DNA of 64,000 bases, from positions 1 to 64,000 of the forward strand of contig NW_013657607.1 of assembly GCF_000142905.1 (NCBI RefSeq), written 5' to 3'. Made by a program: the position numbers and the translations under genes. Origin of the DNA: Thecamonas trahens ATCC 50062 (Eukaryota; Protista; Apusomonadida). The notes beneath the pieces were generated by a model. The model was not told the DNA's origin and did no database searches. It was given only the letters and a program-made list of their open reading frames with translations. Positions 46,252 to 56,621 of the stretch are shown here, piece by piece (positions within the stretch are counted from its first letter, which is position 1; the number at the start of each line of letters is the position of its first letter).

Positions 46252-49200
46252 ATGACCCCTCATGGCGGCCATGGCCTCTCCATGGTGTGTGTGGTTGCTG
46301 TACTGGTGATGGTCCTTGCCCTGTCACTCCCCACCAGCCGTGCCTGCGAACGAAGCGCTCCGGCGAGTAAGGCGACACGGAGCTGGAGCCACGCGAGCGG
46401 TAGCGGAGGGAGGGTAATGGAGGCAGCGGTGGCCGAGGCCGGTAAGTCACGTGACTTACTTGTGTTTGGTGCCACTGGCATCGAGTGGTTGGCATGGGCC
46501 GGCAACGGATCGTTTGCGCCGCCTGCCGCCATCGTCCCGCCATCGCCGCCGCCCGCCACGCCCATTGTCGACGCAGAGACGCTCGATGTGGACGGCGACG
46601 GCGACGATGACGTCATCTACGCCACGCAGAGCCATGTCTTCCTCGTCATCAACTCGGCCGGCGGGAGCTCGTGGAGTGCTCCGAGTGTGGTATTTGTCCC
46701 GGTACTCCCCGCGACAGGAAATCTTGTCAAGTTGGCCGTGACAGATGTCGATCATGATGGACGTCATGACCTTGTTATCGCCACCGCCCGTCACCTCTAC
46801 CTCGCGTACAACAACGCGTCAACTGGCTCGTTCTCCCTCTCGCTCGTCGCTGACTCGGGCGACGGCATCATCGCTCTCGACGTCGTCGATTGGGACAGAG
46901 TCGGCGCGCCGGACGCCGTTTTTGCCACAAGCGACCTCGTTGCGGTCGTCACAGACCTCGCTCCCGGCCGCAGCGCCCGCTCGCTGGCAAACGCCACGGT
47001 CGTCGCACCGCCCAATGTCATTAGTAGTGTCATCAACGCCATGGTCGTCGCCGACTTTACCGGTGACGGCATGCTCGACGTCGCCGTCTGTGGCAACACC
47101 CCAACTGCCGGATACATCGTCGTCTTCGCCGCCGCCGCCCCCTCGCCGCAACTATTCAACACGCTCACGCCTCTCGGCACGGACGTTGCCTTTGTGGCCG
47201 CCCACGCCTCGTCGGCCACCTACCTCGACCTGGTCCTCCTCGACGTGCAAGCCAGCACCGTCAAGGTCCTCCGCGGCAAGCCGCCTGTCGACGGCGCGCC
47301 GGCCTTTGAACTCGCCCCGCCCATCGTCTCTGTCGCGTCGTCATCGCCGTCGTCGGTGCTGGTGGCCGATGTTGACGACGATGGCGTGGCCGACGTCATC
47401 GTGACCACAGCCTCTACCGTCGAGTATACCTCGGGCATTGCCCTCCGCGGCTCGTGGAGCACCGGTGTCACCGTCGTCGCCTCCCCCGCTGGCACCTTTC
47501 CGCCCAAGGGCCTCACTCCGGCCAACTACGACAATGACGGGCATCCCGACCTGACCGCCATCGCCGCCCCGGGCGTCTTTGCCGTCTACCGCTCGTACTT
47601 TGTCAGCGGCCAGCTCCTCTTCCACCCGGCGGACGCCGTGTTTACTCCCGGAAGCTCGATGGGGCCCACGGTCTTTGCCACCGCCGACATCAACGCCGAC
47701 GGCCGGTCCGACTTTTTTGTGCCGAGCAACAATGAGGGCGCAGTCCGGGCTGTCACCTCGCTGGTCTCCATCCCGGGCACGAACTTGATCTCCGCCTCGT
47801 ACGCCCTGCCGCTTGTCGACGTCAACGGCATCTCGGTTGTTGTCGGCGACTTTAGCGGCGACGGCATCACCGACATGGTCACCACCATGACGGGCCCCCC
47901 GAGTCCCGCGCCCCGCGACCATCTCGCCGTGGCCCATGGCGTGTCGGGCGACTCCTTTGTCCTCACCTCGACCATCGACGTCGCGGCGCTGCATCCAATC
48001 GCCGCCGTCTTTGCCGACGACGTCACCGCCGACGGCATCACCGACCTCGTCGTCCTCAACAGCGGCTCCTATTTCATCCACCTCATCGAAGGCCTCGGCA
48101 ACGCCACCTTCCGCAGCGTCCTCAAGCCCATGGTCATCGGTACCGCCGTCATCAGCAACGTTGTCGTTGTCGACGTCGACAACGACGGCGCCGCCGACGT
48201 CGTCTACTCCACCGACCGGCTCCACATCTGCTTCTCCCGCAACGGCGGCGCGTACTTTGACATTACGCCCGTCGAGGCAACGACCGGGGTCGCCGCCGCC
48301 GTCGTGGCAGACATCTCCGGCAACGGCCTCGTCGACCTCGTCGCCGCTCTCGCCACCGAGGTCATCACAGCGTACCAGCTCGCGCCGGGCGTCTTCCTCC
48401 CGTCCGTCACCGTCAGCTATGCCTCGACCCACTCCCCGGTCAGCGCCACTCTGCTCGACGTCAGCGGCGACGGGGCGGCCGACCTGGTGTTCAGCAACAC
48501 GGGCAATGCCATCCACGCGCTGGCGTGGCAACCCGGCGGCCTGGCGCCGGCCGCCGGCGTCACACTTGTCGCCGACTGCCTCTCCTTTACCATCACCGAG
48601 TGCTTCATCACGCCACTGACGCGCGTCTCACGCTGCACGCCGACGACCATCCTCCTCCCGCCGGGCAAGTACACCGGCTGCCCGTCGACCCACATCAGCG
48701 TGGAGGCCACGACGGTGACCTACGCACCGGCAGGTACGCCCGGCTCGGTCACCATCGACTGCTCGGCCCACCCCGGCCCGCTCTTTGCCGTCTCGGGCGG
48801 CGGCTCGCTCACGCTCCGTGGCCTGGTCGTCCGCGGCCTGGCCTCGCCGCCCGGCGCAGGCGTCGACGTGTCCGTCCCCGGCGCACCGCTGCTCGCCAGC
48901 GGGAGCGCAAGCGAGCTCGTCCTCGTGGACACCTCCATCGAGGAGACGTACTCGAACACCACCGGTGGCGCAGTGGCCGTCCTGGCCGGCGCCGCCGCCA
49001 CCATCACCGGCTCCAATATCACCTTGGCGTCGGCAAGAGGCTTTGGCGGCGCGGTGTATGTGGCCAGCGGAGCGGAAGCGACCATCACCGCCTCCCGCTT
49101 TGTCGCCTGCTCATCGGGAAGCGACGGCGGGGCGGTCGCCGTCTCGGGCACCCTCACCATGACCGACTCGGCCATCTTCGGCTCGTCGGCAGACAATACT

Positions 49201-51993
49201 GGCGGCGGCATCGGCGTGCCGGTCGAACTCGCATCCATCGGCGCCGTCGTGGCTGTCAACGGCAGCACCATCGCCAACTGCACGGCCGCCAGCGGCGGCG
49301 GCATCGGAGCCATCCTCACCGCTATCACCGTCACCGACTCGACCATCACCGGGTGCTCGGCTGAGGTGGCAGGCGGGGCCATCTTCCAGCGGCTCTCCGG
49401 CAACGAGTTGCCACTGGTCATCACTGGCTCGACGCTCAGCCGCAGCAGCGCCGGGTACAGCGGCGGGTGCGTGATGTCGATGACGACCACGGTCGTGACC
49501 GACTCCGTCTTTGACCGGTGCGTGACCGACGGGAGCGGCGGTGCCATGATGCTCAAGCCTGTGTCAGACGACGCCGTCGTCGACTCGGTCCTGGCCGGCG
49601 TGACCGTGACGGCGGCGTCGGCCGGTGGCGCAGGCGGCGCCATCTTTATCAGCGGGCAGGCATTCGCAAGCGACGCCGGGCCAGCCGTTGCCGCCATGGC
49701 CGCCGGGGTGTGGCGTCCGACGGCGCTGCCGCTGCCGCCGCCGTTGCTGAGCACGGTCCGCATCCGCGATGGGCTGGTCATCGACGGCGCCGAGTCGGCC
49801 ACCATCGGCGGCGGCTTCTTTGTCTGCCAGCTTGACCTCATCGACGAGAGCACGACGGCGCCGCCGGTGGTGACAGGCACGTCGGCGGTGCTGGCCGGCG
49901 GCGTCGGGTTCTTCTGCGACGGCAACGCGCTGCCGTCGGCCGTCGCCGGCGGTGGCGTGCTGGCAAGCGCCCTGGGCACGCTCACCGGCACGCCGTCAGC
50001 AGAGGCGCAGCCGTACGGCTCTGGATGGGCCTCACCGCCGGTGGGCATGGCGTGGGCCGATGTCCCGCCGGCGGCGGTCGGCTCGGCCGTTCCGCTCGGC
50101 CGCGGCGTGGCCGTCCTCGTCGACGCCTTTGGCACGCCGTGCGTCGACTCGCGGGTCGAGCTCGAGCTCGCCCTCGTCGACGACACTGGCCTGCTCCTCC
50201 GCAACGACGCGGTGGTGGCGGCGAGCACGGCCGGGTACGACATGTCGGCGGTGGGGGTGGCGCTCGACGGCGGGGCGCCGTTTGCAGGGCGGACGGCGGC
50301 GGTCGTCCTCATCGGCCACCTCCCGCCGCTGCCCATCCGCCCGCTGCTCCACGCTCCGCCTGCGGTCGACCTCGCCGTCGGCCTCTGCCCGCCCGGCTTT
50401 GGCTCGGCGTCGGCAGCGTCGGCGGTGCTGGTGTGCGAGCCGTGCCGGCCGGGCGAGACCAAGCCCGGGACGTCGACCGAGGCCTGCGCCCTCGTCCCGG
50501 CCTGCCCGGACCACATGCTGCTGGCCGGCGGCTCGAACGGGTCATGCGTGTGCGAGGCTGGCTTCTGGGCGCCACCGGGCAAGCCGGCTGCTGCCGGCTG
50601 CAGCCCGTGCCCGCCCGGCGGCCGCTGCGCCTCGGGCCTGGCCGCCCCGCTCCCGGCCGCCGGCTTCTACCCGCACCCGTCCGCCGTCCACGTCTTTCTC
50701 CGCTGCCGCCGCCCGCGCGCCTGCCCCGGCGGCTCGGCCACCGTCCCGTGCGCGCCCACCGCCTCGGGCTTTCTCTGCAACACCTGCGCGCCCGCCCACT
50801 ACACCGCGCCCGACGGCGAGTGCGCCCGCTGCCCGCCGTGGGCGCCAGCTCTCCCACTGATCGTGGTCGTTGCGCTGCTGGCCGCCGCCGCTGCGACAGG
50901 CGCCGTGGTCGCCAGGCGCGAGGTCCCGGCCACGGCGGTCGGCGCCGTAGTGGTCGGCGTGCAAGCGGTGGCGCTGTTGGCGCGGGCGCGGCTAGCGTGG
51001 CCGACGGGCGCGCAGACGATGCTGACGGCGCTGGCGGCGGCGGGCAACAGCGACCTGATTGGCCTTGCCTGGCAGTGCGTGGTTGGCGGCGCCTCGCCGG
51101 GCTACCTTGTCTCGCTGATGGCGGTCCCGCTGGTGGTAGCGAGCGGGGCTGTGGCGGGCGGCGCAGCAGCCGGGTACGCTGCTGGCACTGGCGCAGCCGC
51201 TGGCGGGCGCCGAGTGGCTGGCGCCGTCGCGCCTGCCCTCCTCATCCCACTCCTCCGCCAGGCGGCCGCCGTCTTTGTCTGTCTCCCACTCGCCGACGGC
51301 AGCCACGTGGTGGCGGACGAGCCCGGCGTGGCGTGCTTCACCGCCGGCTGGACCGCCGCCGCCGTCTTTGCCGCCATCGTCACCGCTCCCGCCCTTGCCT
51401 ACGTCGTCGTCGCCGGTCGGCTGGCAGCCGCGGTGGCGGCTTGCGGAAGCGGGCAGGCAAGCGAGCTGGCACGCCGGCAGGCGGCGGCGTTCCGGCGGGC
51501 GTATGTGGTGCGGGCGGTGGTGGGCGGGCTGACGGCACGGATGGTCCTCGCGATCGGCGTCGCCGCCCTCGCCGTCCACCCGCTGGCCATGCTCAGCGTG
51601 GTGGGCGGAGTGGTCTTTGCCGGCGGGCTCTGTCTCGCCGCAGTGCGCCCGCTCTACGTTCCGCGGCACAACGCAATAGCGCTTCGGGTGGCGCTCGTTG
51701 TGCTTGTGGCGGTTCTGCTGGGAGCAGCGGCGTACGCCGAGCGGGCGTCAAAGGCGTCGGACGGCGTGCTCACGGTCGCCGTCGCCGTGCTTGTGGCTGG
51801 CCTCGTCAGCCTTGCTGGCCACGGGCTGTACCTCGACTTTGTCCGCACCGCGCCACCGCCGGCGACAGAGCGGCAGAAGACGCTCATCGCCCTTGTCTCC
51901 ACCGAGCTCAAGGACGTCGAGGCCGACGCCGATCTGCTCCGCGCCGCCGGCGCCTTTCTCGCTGCCTTTGACGACAAGGGCAGCCGGACGTAG
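46252..51993 (+). CDS. Large receptor-like protein: signal peptide, FG-GAP repeats, Pmp-like beta-helix, Cys-rich repeats, multi-pass membrane domain (intact paralog of 15254..21004)
   Basis: MTPHGG...VVAVLVMVLALSLP; DVDGDGDDDVI, DFTGDGMLDV and DINADGRSDF; GGAV/GGAI/GGGI; CEPCRPG, CSPCPPGGRC and GFLCNTC; 7 or more hydrophobic helices. Confidence 0.9.
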   Translation: MTPHGGHGLSMVCVVAVLVMVLALSLPTSRACERSAPASKATRSWSHASGSGGRVMEAAVAEAGKSRDLLVFGATGIEWLAWAGNGSFAPPAAIVPPSPPPATPIVDAETLDVDGDGDDDVIYATQSHVFLVINSAGGSSWSAPSVVFVPVLPATGNLVKLAVTDVDHDGRHDLVIATARHLYLAYNNASTGSFSLSLVADSGDGIIALDVVDWDRVGAPDAVFATSDLVAVVTDLAPGRSARSLANATVVAPPNVISSVINAMVVADFTGDGMLDVAVCGNTPTAGYIVVFAAAAPSPQLFNTLTPLGTDVAFVAAHASSATYLDLVLLDVQASTVKVLRGKPPVDGAPAFELAPPIVSVASSSPSSVLVADVDDDGVADVIVTTASTVEYTSGIALRGSWSTGVTVVASPAGTFPPKGLTPANYDNDGHPDLTAIAAPGVFAVYRSYFVSGQLLFHPADAVFTPGSSMGPTVFATADINADGRSDFFVPSNNEGAVRAVTSLVSIPGTNLISASYALPLVDVNGISVVVGDFSGDGITDMVTTMTGPPSPAPRDHLAVAHGVSGDSFVLTSTIDVAALHPIAAVFADDVTADGITDLVVLNSGSYFIHLIEGLGNATFRSVLKPMVIGTAVISNVVVVDVDNDGAADVVYSTDRLHICFSRNGGAYFDITPVEATTGVAAAVVADISGNGLVDLVAALATEVITAYQLAPGVFLPSVTVSYASTHSPVSATLLDVSGDGAADLVFSNTGNAIHALAWQPGGLAPAAGVTLVADCLSFTITECFITPLTRVSRCTPTTILLPPGKYTGCPSTHISVEATTVTYAPAGTPGSVTIDCSAHPGPLFAVSGGGSLTLRGLVVRGLASPPGAGVDVSVPGAPLLASGSASELVLVDTSIEETYSNTTGGAVAVLAGAAATITGSNITLASARGFGGAVYVASGAEATITASRFVACSSGSDGGAVAVSGTLTMTDSAIFGSSADNTGGGIGVPVELASIGAVVAVNGSTIANCTAASGGGIGAILTAITVTDSTITGCSAEVAGGAIFQRLSGNELPLVITGSTLSRSSAGYSGGCVMSMTTTVVTDSVFDRCVTDGSGGAMMLKPVSDDAVVDSVLAGVTVTAASAGGAGGAIFISGQAFASDAGPAVAAMAAGVWRPTALPLPPPLLSTVRIRDGLVIDGAESATIGGGFFVCQLDLIDESTTAPPVVTGTSAVLAGGVGFFCDGNALPSAVAGGGVLASALGTLTGTPSAEAQPYGSGWASPPVGMAWADVPPAAVGSAVPLGRGVAVLVDAFGTPCVDSRVELELALVDDTGLLLRNDAVVAASTAGYDMSAVGVALDGGAPFAGRTAAVVLIGHLPPLPIRPLLHAPPAVDLAVGLCPPGFGSASAASAVLVCEPCRPGETKPGTSTEACALVPACPDHMLLAGGSNGSCVCEAGFWAPPGKPAAAGCSPCPPGGRCASGLAAPLPAAGFYPHPSAVHVFLRCRRPRACPGGSATVPCAPTASGFLCNTCAPAHYTAPDGECARCPPWAPALPLIVVVALLAAAAATGAVVARREVPATAVGAVVVGVQAVALLARARLAWPTGAQTMLTALAAAGNSDLIGLAWQCVVGGASPGYLVSLMAVPLVVASGAVAGGAAAGYAAGTGAAAGGRRVAGAVAPALLIPLLRQAAAVFVCLPLADGSHVVADEPGVACFTAGWTAAAVFAAIVTAPALAYVVVAGRLAAAVAACGSGQASELARRQAAAFRRAYVVRAVVGGLTARMVLAIGVAALAVHPLAMLSVVGGVVFAGGLCLAAVRPLYVPRHNAIALRVALVVLVAVLLGAAAYAERASKASDGVLTVAVAVLVAGLVSLAGHGLYLDFVRTAPPPATERQKTLIALVSTELKDVEADADLLRAAGAFLAAFDDKGSRT

Positions 51994-52052
51994 CAAGCCT
52001 ACCGCCCTACGTTGGCTAGTAGTTTATTGGGTAAACGGGGACGAGGCGGGCG

Positions 52053-55000
52053 CTAGATGGCAACCTGCGACGACGGCGACGACGATGCCGAGGAGGAGGA
52101 AGAGGACGACGACGTCGACGATGACAATGAGGAGGAGGAGGTGGAGGAGGAGGTTGAGGTCGAGGTCGAGGTCGAGGCCGAGCCGGCTTGGGGATGCGGC
52201 GGCACGGCGGCGCGGTTGGGCGTGTGCGGGGCAGCGCTGGGATCGGTGCCGACGACCATCGAGGTGCCGAGCAGGTCGGGCGGTATGTGCGGGACCGACG
52301 ACTGAAGATCGAAGATGAAGGCGTTGTCGTCCTGGACTCTCAGGCTGGGCTCGGTGTCGTAGATGGTGGTGGGACTGGAGTACGGCACCGTGAGGGAGGA
52401 AGTACACGAGGCGAGCGCGTCATCAGGGGCGTGCTCGCAGGCGGGCGACGAGAGGACAATGTTGGAGAACTGGGTGGTGGTGTTGTTGCCAGACTCGAGG
52501 CCATTGCTATCGCCGTCGCCACCGCCATCGCCGTTGCCACAACTCGTTGATGTGGCACGGGGACGTGGGCCTACCACCGGCGGTCGGTCAACTACAGCGA
52601 GATCGTCGACGGAGGACATGGAGGCCGAGTTTGAGCCGGCTGCGATCTCCACGGCGATTGTAGGAGCAGTCGTAAGCGGCGAGTCGAGAGATGAGGTAGG
52701 ATGGCCGGCCACAGTGAGGGACGGCTGGGAAGGCGGCGACAGTGCGGCGGGTGCGGCTGCTGCTGATGGCACAGACTCGGGCTCAAGCTCAGGCGCAGAC
52801 TCTGGTGCAGACACAGGTACAGACTCTGGTGCAGACACAGGCACAGACTCTGGTGCAGACACAGGCAAAGACGCTGACTCCGGCTCTGGCTCTGGCTCTG
52901 GCGCAGGCTCTGGTGCAGGCACAGGTGAAGACGCTGGCTCCGGATCTGGAGCAGGCACAAGGCGCAAGATGCGCGGGCGGCCGCGCGGAGTGAAGCCCGA
53001 AGCGTGAAGATGGATAGACTGTTCGGCGGCGGGCGGGCGGCGCGGGGATGCGCGGTGGGCTAGAGAGGCGGCCGACGAGTTGCGCGTGCCGGCGGTGGTC
53101 GAGTCAAGCGAGCCCTTGCGGGTGAGCGACGAGTTGGCTGAGTCGTAGTTTGAGGCCGAGGCGGCGACTCGTGGGGTGACAACCCACGAGATGACGCCCG
53201 ACGAGGCGCCCGATGAGGTTGAAGGAAGCGCGGCGATCTGGGCGATGGCCGAGCGGATTCCGTTGTAGCCATGCGGGATGCGCGAGGCGGAGATGGCACG
53301 AGTCGGGAGATCGGTGGGACCGGCAGCGGGCCGACCGACGATACGGGCGGCGCCGTCAACGGGCTGCGTGCCAGAGGCTGGGCCAGGCCCGGGGCCGTCG
53401 ACCTCGTTCATCTCCTCGTCCGAGTGGTAGTGGACGAGCGAGCGGTTAAAGTCGCCGCAGGCGTGCTTCTTCTTGTGATGGCCAATTGCAGTGGCGGGTT
53501 GCGCGTCTGTGCCGGCCTCGGTTGTCGCGCCCTCGTCGGTGATGTCTGTGGCGGAGATCCAGGTCGACGTCATGCGGGCGGCGATGGTGGCCCAGCGAAG
53601 GGCGGTGACCGAGGACTTGGCGACGACCACAAACATCTCGACGGTGTGCTTCTTGTCGATGGGGTCGAGGATGCGCCCGACTGGGTGGGCGGTGAGGTGG
53701 TCCGGGAGATCAAAGGGGAGGACGGAGCGGAGGGTGGCGGAGATGATGACGTGTCCGCCGCGCGAGCGGTGGGCGATGGCATGTGCGCGGGTCATGCATG
53801 CGCCTGTGTAGACTGGCTGCTTCGAGCCGGCGCGAGAGTGACCTCGGGCTCGCCATGGTGCACGCTCATGCGGATGCGCAGGCCGCGCCAGATCGGGCGG
53901 AGGCGGCCAAACTGCTCGCTGGTGTCGCGGCCCATGACGGTGGCGCACTCGGGGGCGGCGAGAAGGCTCTTGGGCCATACAACGCTAAGTAGCATGTCTT
54001 GGACGATGATGCCGGCACGGATGGCGTGAAGGCCAGCATTGCCGGGAAAGACAAAGACAAAAGCGTCGTCAAAGACCGAGATCGACTCCAGGCCGCCGTG
54101 CTGGGCCATGGTGGCGCGTACGCAGGCCTGGTAGAGCTTGACCGCTTCGCCGGTTGCCTCCGGGTAGAGAGCTCGCAGCCGCCGCAGGCGCGCCACCTCG
54201 ATGACCATGACCACTACAGCCTTGTCCGACGTCGCGGCGGATCCGTTCTCGCCATCGCCCAGAATGGTCGGAATCTTGGGAGACGGCGGCGTGGCGGCGG
54301 CAAGTGGCGCGCTTTCGGCATCCAACTCGCCGCTGGGAGCCACGGCAGCGTTGCGTCGACGGCGGTGCGCGACGGCGGTCTTGGCGCGGCGGCGGCGGCG
54401 GCGGCAAGCGTACCAGGCAAGCCCAAGTCCAGCGATGCAAGCGGCAGCGATCAGCGGGATGGCGATATAGAGAGCCATGTGGGAGGAGGAGGCCCAACTA
54501 GACTCCGAGCCTGTGGGCGTGGGAGCGTCGATGGTGCAGTCCGCTGTGGGCGGATCGTACGAGCCTGATGAGGTACAGAGGACGACAACCTCGCGCGCGC
54601 CATTGGACATTGTGGCGCCGTCGGAGCATCGGACGACAAGTCCTTCTCCGACGGGAGCCACTGCTGTCTCTGTGGCGGGATGCGGCTCGATGGTAGCGTG
54701 TGTGGCGCTAAAGGTACCGCAGGTGACGTAGTACACGATTCGGAGGACCGGCAGGGGGTCTGCGGCCAGCCAAATCCGACGAGCGCCGTCGTCAGTTTGC
54801 GGTGAAGGGGTGTTGTCCGCCATCGGACGCGGCAGCGGGGCGGCGGTGTCGGTGGCATCGGCCCAGGCGATGATCAGGTGGCTGGTGGCAGAGCCGCCGT
54901 CGTCTGACTCCCAAGCAGCAGAGAGGACCGATGACAAAGCCTGGCCGGTGACGAGGAGTGGGGCACCCGGTAGGTTGGGTGTCAGCACAGCATCAGCCAC

Positions 55001-55474
55001 CGAGCCGTCCACGATAGCCGCGAGGGCGCGCGGAGTAGTCCAATAGGGGGCGGAGAATGGACCGGCGCGGGCGGTTCCCGGAGCGGCAACTGCGGCGAGG
55101 CGAAGGATCGACGGAGCACCAGCGCCAGCGGACCTGTTGGCAGCGGCGAAGCTGAGCGAGGAGAGCGGCGAGATCCACGCATTATGCGGAAGCGGCGGAG
55201 TAAAGACGAAGGAGACTCCGCAGATGGAGCCGCCGCCAAGGGCAAATCCTGCTGTGGGCCCTGGGCGGACGATGCCATCGGTTGGCATGCATGCTGTGTA
55301 TGCCGGGCCTGGGACGGCTGCGGCTGCGGTGTGGATCTGGTAGGCGTGGGCGATGGGAAGAGCGAGGATGATGGCGAGGAGGGCGGCGAGGAGAGTGTGG
55401 CGGTAGTCGAACCTACTGTTGTGGCGGCCATATCCGTTCCTGTTCCCACCAGCCGTACCTCGTCCGGGCCGCAT
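52053..55474 (-). CDS. Receptor-type class III nucleotide cyclase-like protein (signal peptide, sushi-like domain, TM, degenerate cyclase, disordered tail); one frameshift at ~53830
   Basis: LLAALLAIILALPIAHA; TM ALYIAIPLIAAACIAGLGLAWY followed by RRRRRR; DDAFVFVF, VWPKSLL and WRGLRIRMSVHHGEP; the next frame gives VYTGACMTRAHAIAHRSRGGHVIIS. Confidence 0.8.
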
Positions 55475-55550
55475 TGGGTCGGGCGCCTGGTGTGGCTGGT
55501 CTCCCTGCCGTCACGCACCCCACTCGTTCGACCTGGTCGGCCCGTCTGGC

Positions 55551-55764
55551 CCGTCCGATGCGTCCGATGCGTCCCATCCGTCCGATGCGTCCCATCCGTC
55601 CGATGCGTCCCATCCGTCCGATGCGTCCCATCCGTCCGATGCGTCCCATCCGTCCGATGCGTCCCATCCGTCCGATGCGTCCCATCCGTCCGATGCGTCC
55701 CATCCGTCCGATGCGTCCCATCCGTCCGATGCGTCCCATCCGTCCGATGCGTCCCATCCGTCCG
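55551..55764. repeat. 18-bp tandem repeat (catccgtccgatgcgtcc), about 11 copies
   Basis: Direct inspection; lies upstream of the cyclase-like gene. Confidence 0.97.
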
Positions 55765-56099
55765 ACTCGGCCTATCCACCCCGTCCACCCCGTCCACCCC
55801 CCCGTCCACCCCGTCCGTCCACATCGCCCGATGCCACGCCTGCGACAGCCGCGACCGCTGCGTCCCCTCCGCCTTGCACGTCCGATGCGGCCAGTGCGCC
55901 CACGGCCTCCGTCCCGCCCCATCTGCCCGTCCGACCCGCCGCCGCCGACTGCCAACACGGCGAGACGCCGCCAGGTCGCCTTCCTGCTCACCGGCTCGGT
56001 CCCGCAGGCGGTGGCCACGCCGGCCGGCGGGCGTACAGGCAGTCTGCATTACCGGCACGGGTGCCATGGCCAGCACCGGTACGGCTGCCATGGCCATGT

Positions 56100-56385
56100 G
56101 TGGGCGTGGGTGGGAGTGGGGGTGGGCATGGGGGTGGGGGTGGGCATGGGCATGGGCATGGGCATGGGTCATGGGCTTCTTCCCCATGGTCGAGTGCTCC
56201 CCCCCCTCCCCCCACTTCGCCATCGCTGCTGTTTGTCCCGCAGTTGCTCGGCCTGTCATCGTCGTTCGTCGTGCGGGCAGCAGCATCATCATCATCATTA
56301 TTATCATCATCATCATCGTCATCATCATCATCAGCAGCAGCATCATCATCAGCATCATCATCATCAGCAGCAGCAGCAGCAGCAA
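56100..56385. repeat. Simple repeats: (GGCATG/GGGGTG)n and (ATC)/(CAG)n
   Basis: Direct inspection. Confidence 0.9.
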
Positions 56386-56621
56386 CAGTGGCTACTGCGA
56401 CATCAACGAAAGTGTATGTCGATGTCTCCGATAGGTGTAGTCGCGATGGGTGCCTCTCGAGCCCTGCGGCAGACCACAGCAACAGCCACAGCAGGTTTGT
56501 CACAGGCGAGTGTTTTCGGTGGCGCCGACGCGACAGGCACGCGTTGGCTCCTCAAAGACGCGCATGGCCAAGCTATCACAGCTATCACGAGTAAAGCACA
56601 GCCTGCAACGCCATCAGCTAG

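Noticed and set aside
14001-53830. Programmed frameshifting or mass pseudogenisation in several long genes
   Set aside because: The breaks at ~14003, ~15527, ~19596, ~20391 and ~53830 are each fixed by adding one base to a G or C run, the typical homopolymer sequencing error. Raw reads would settle it.
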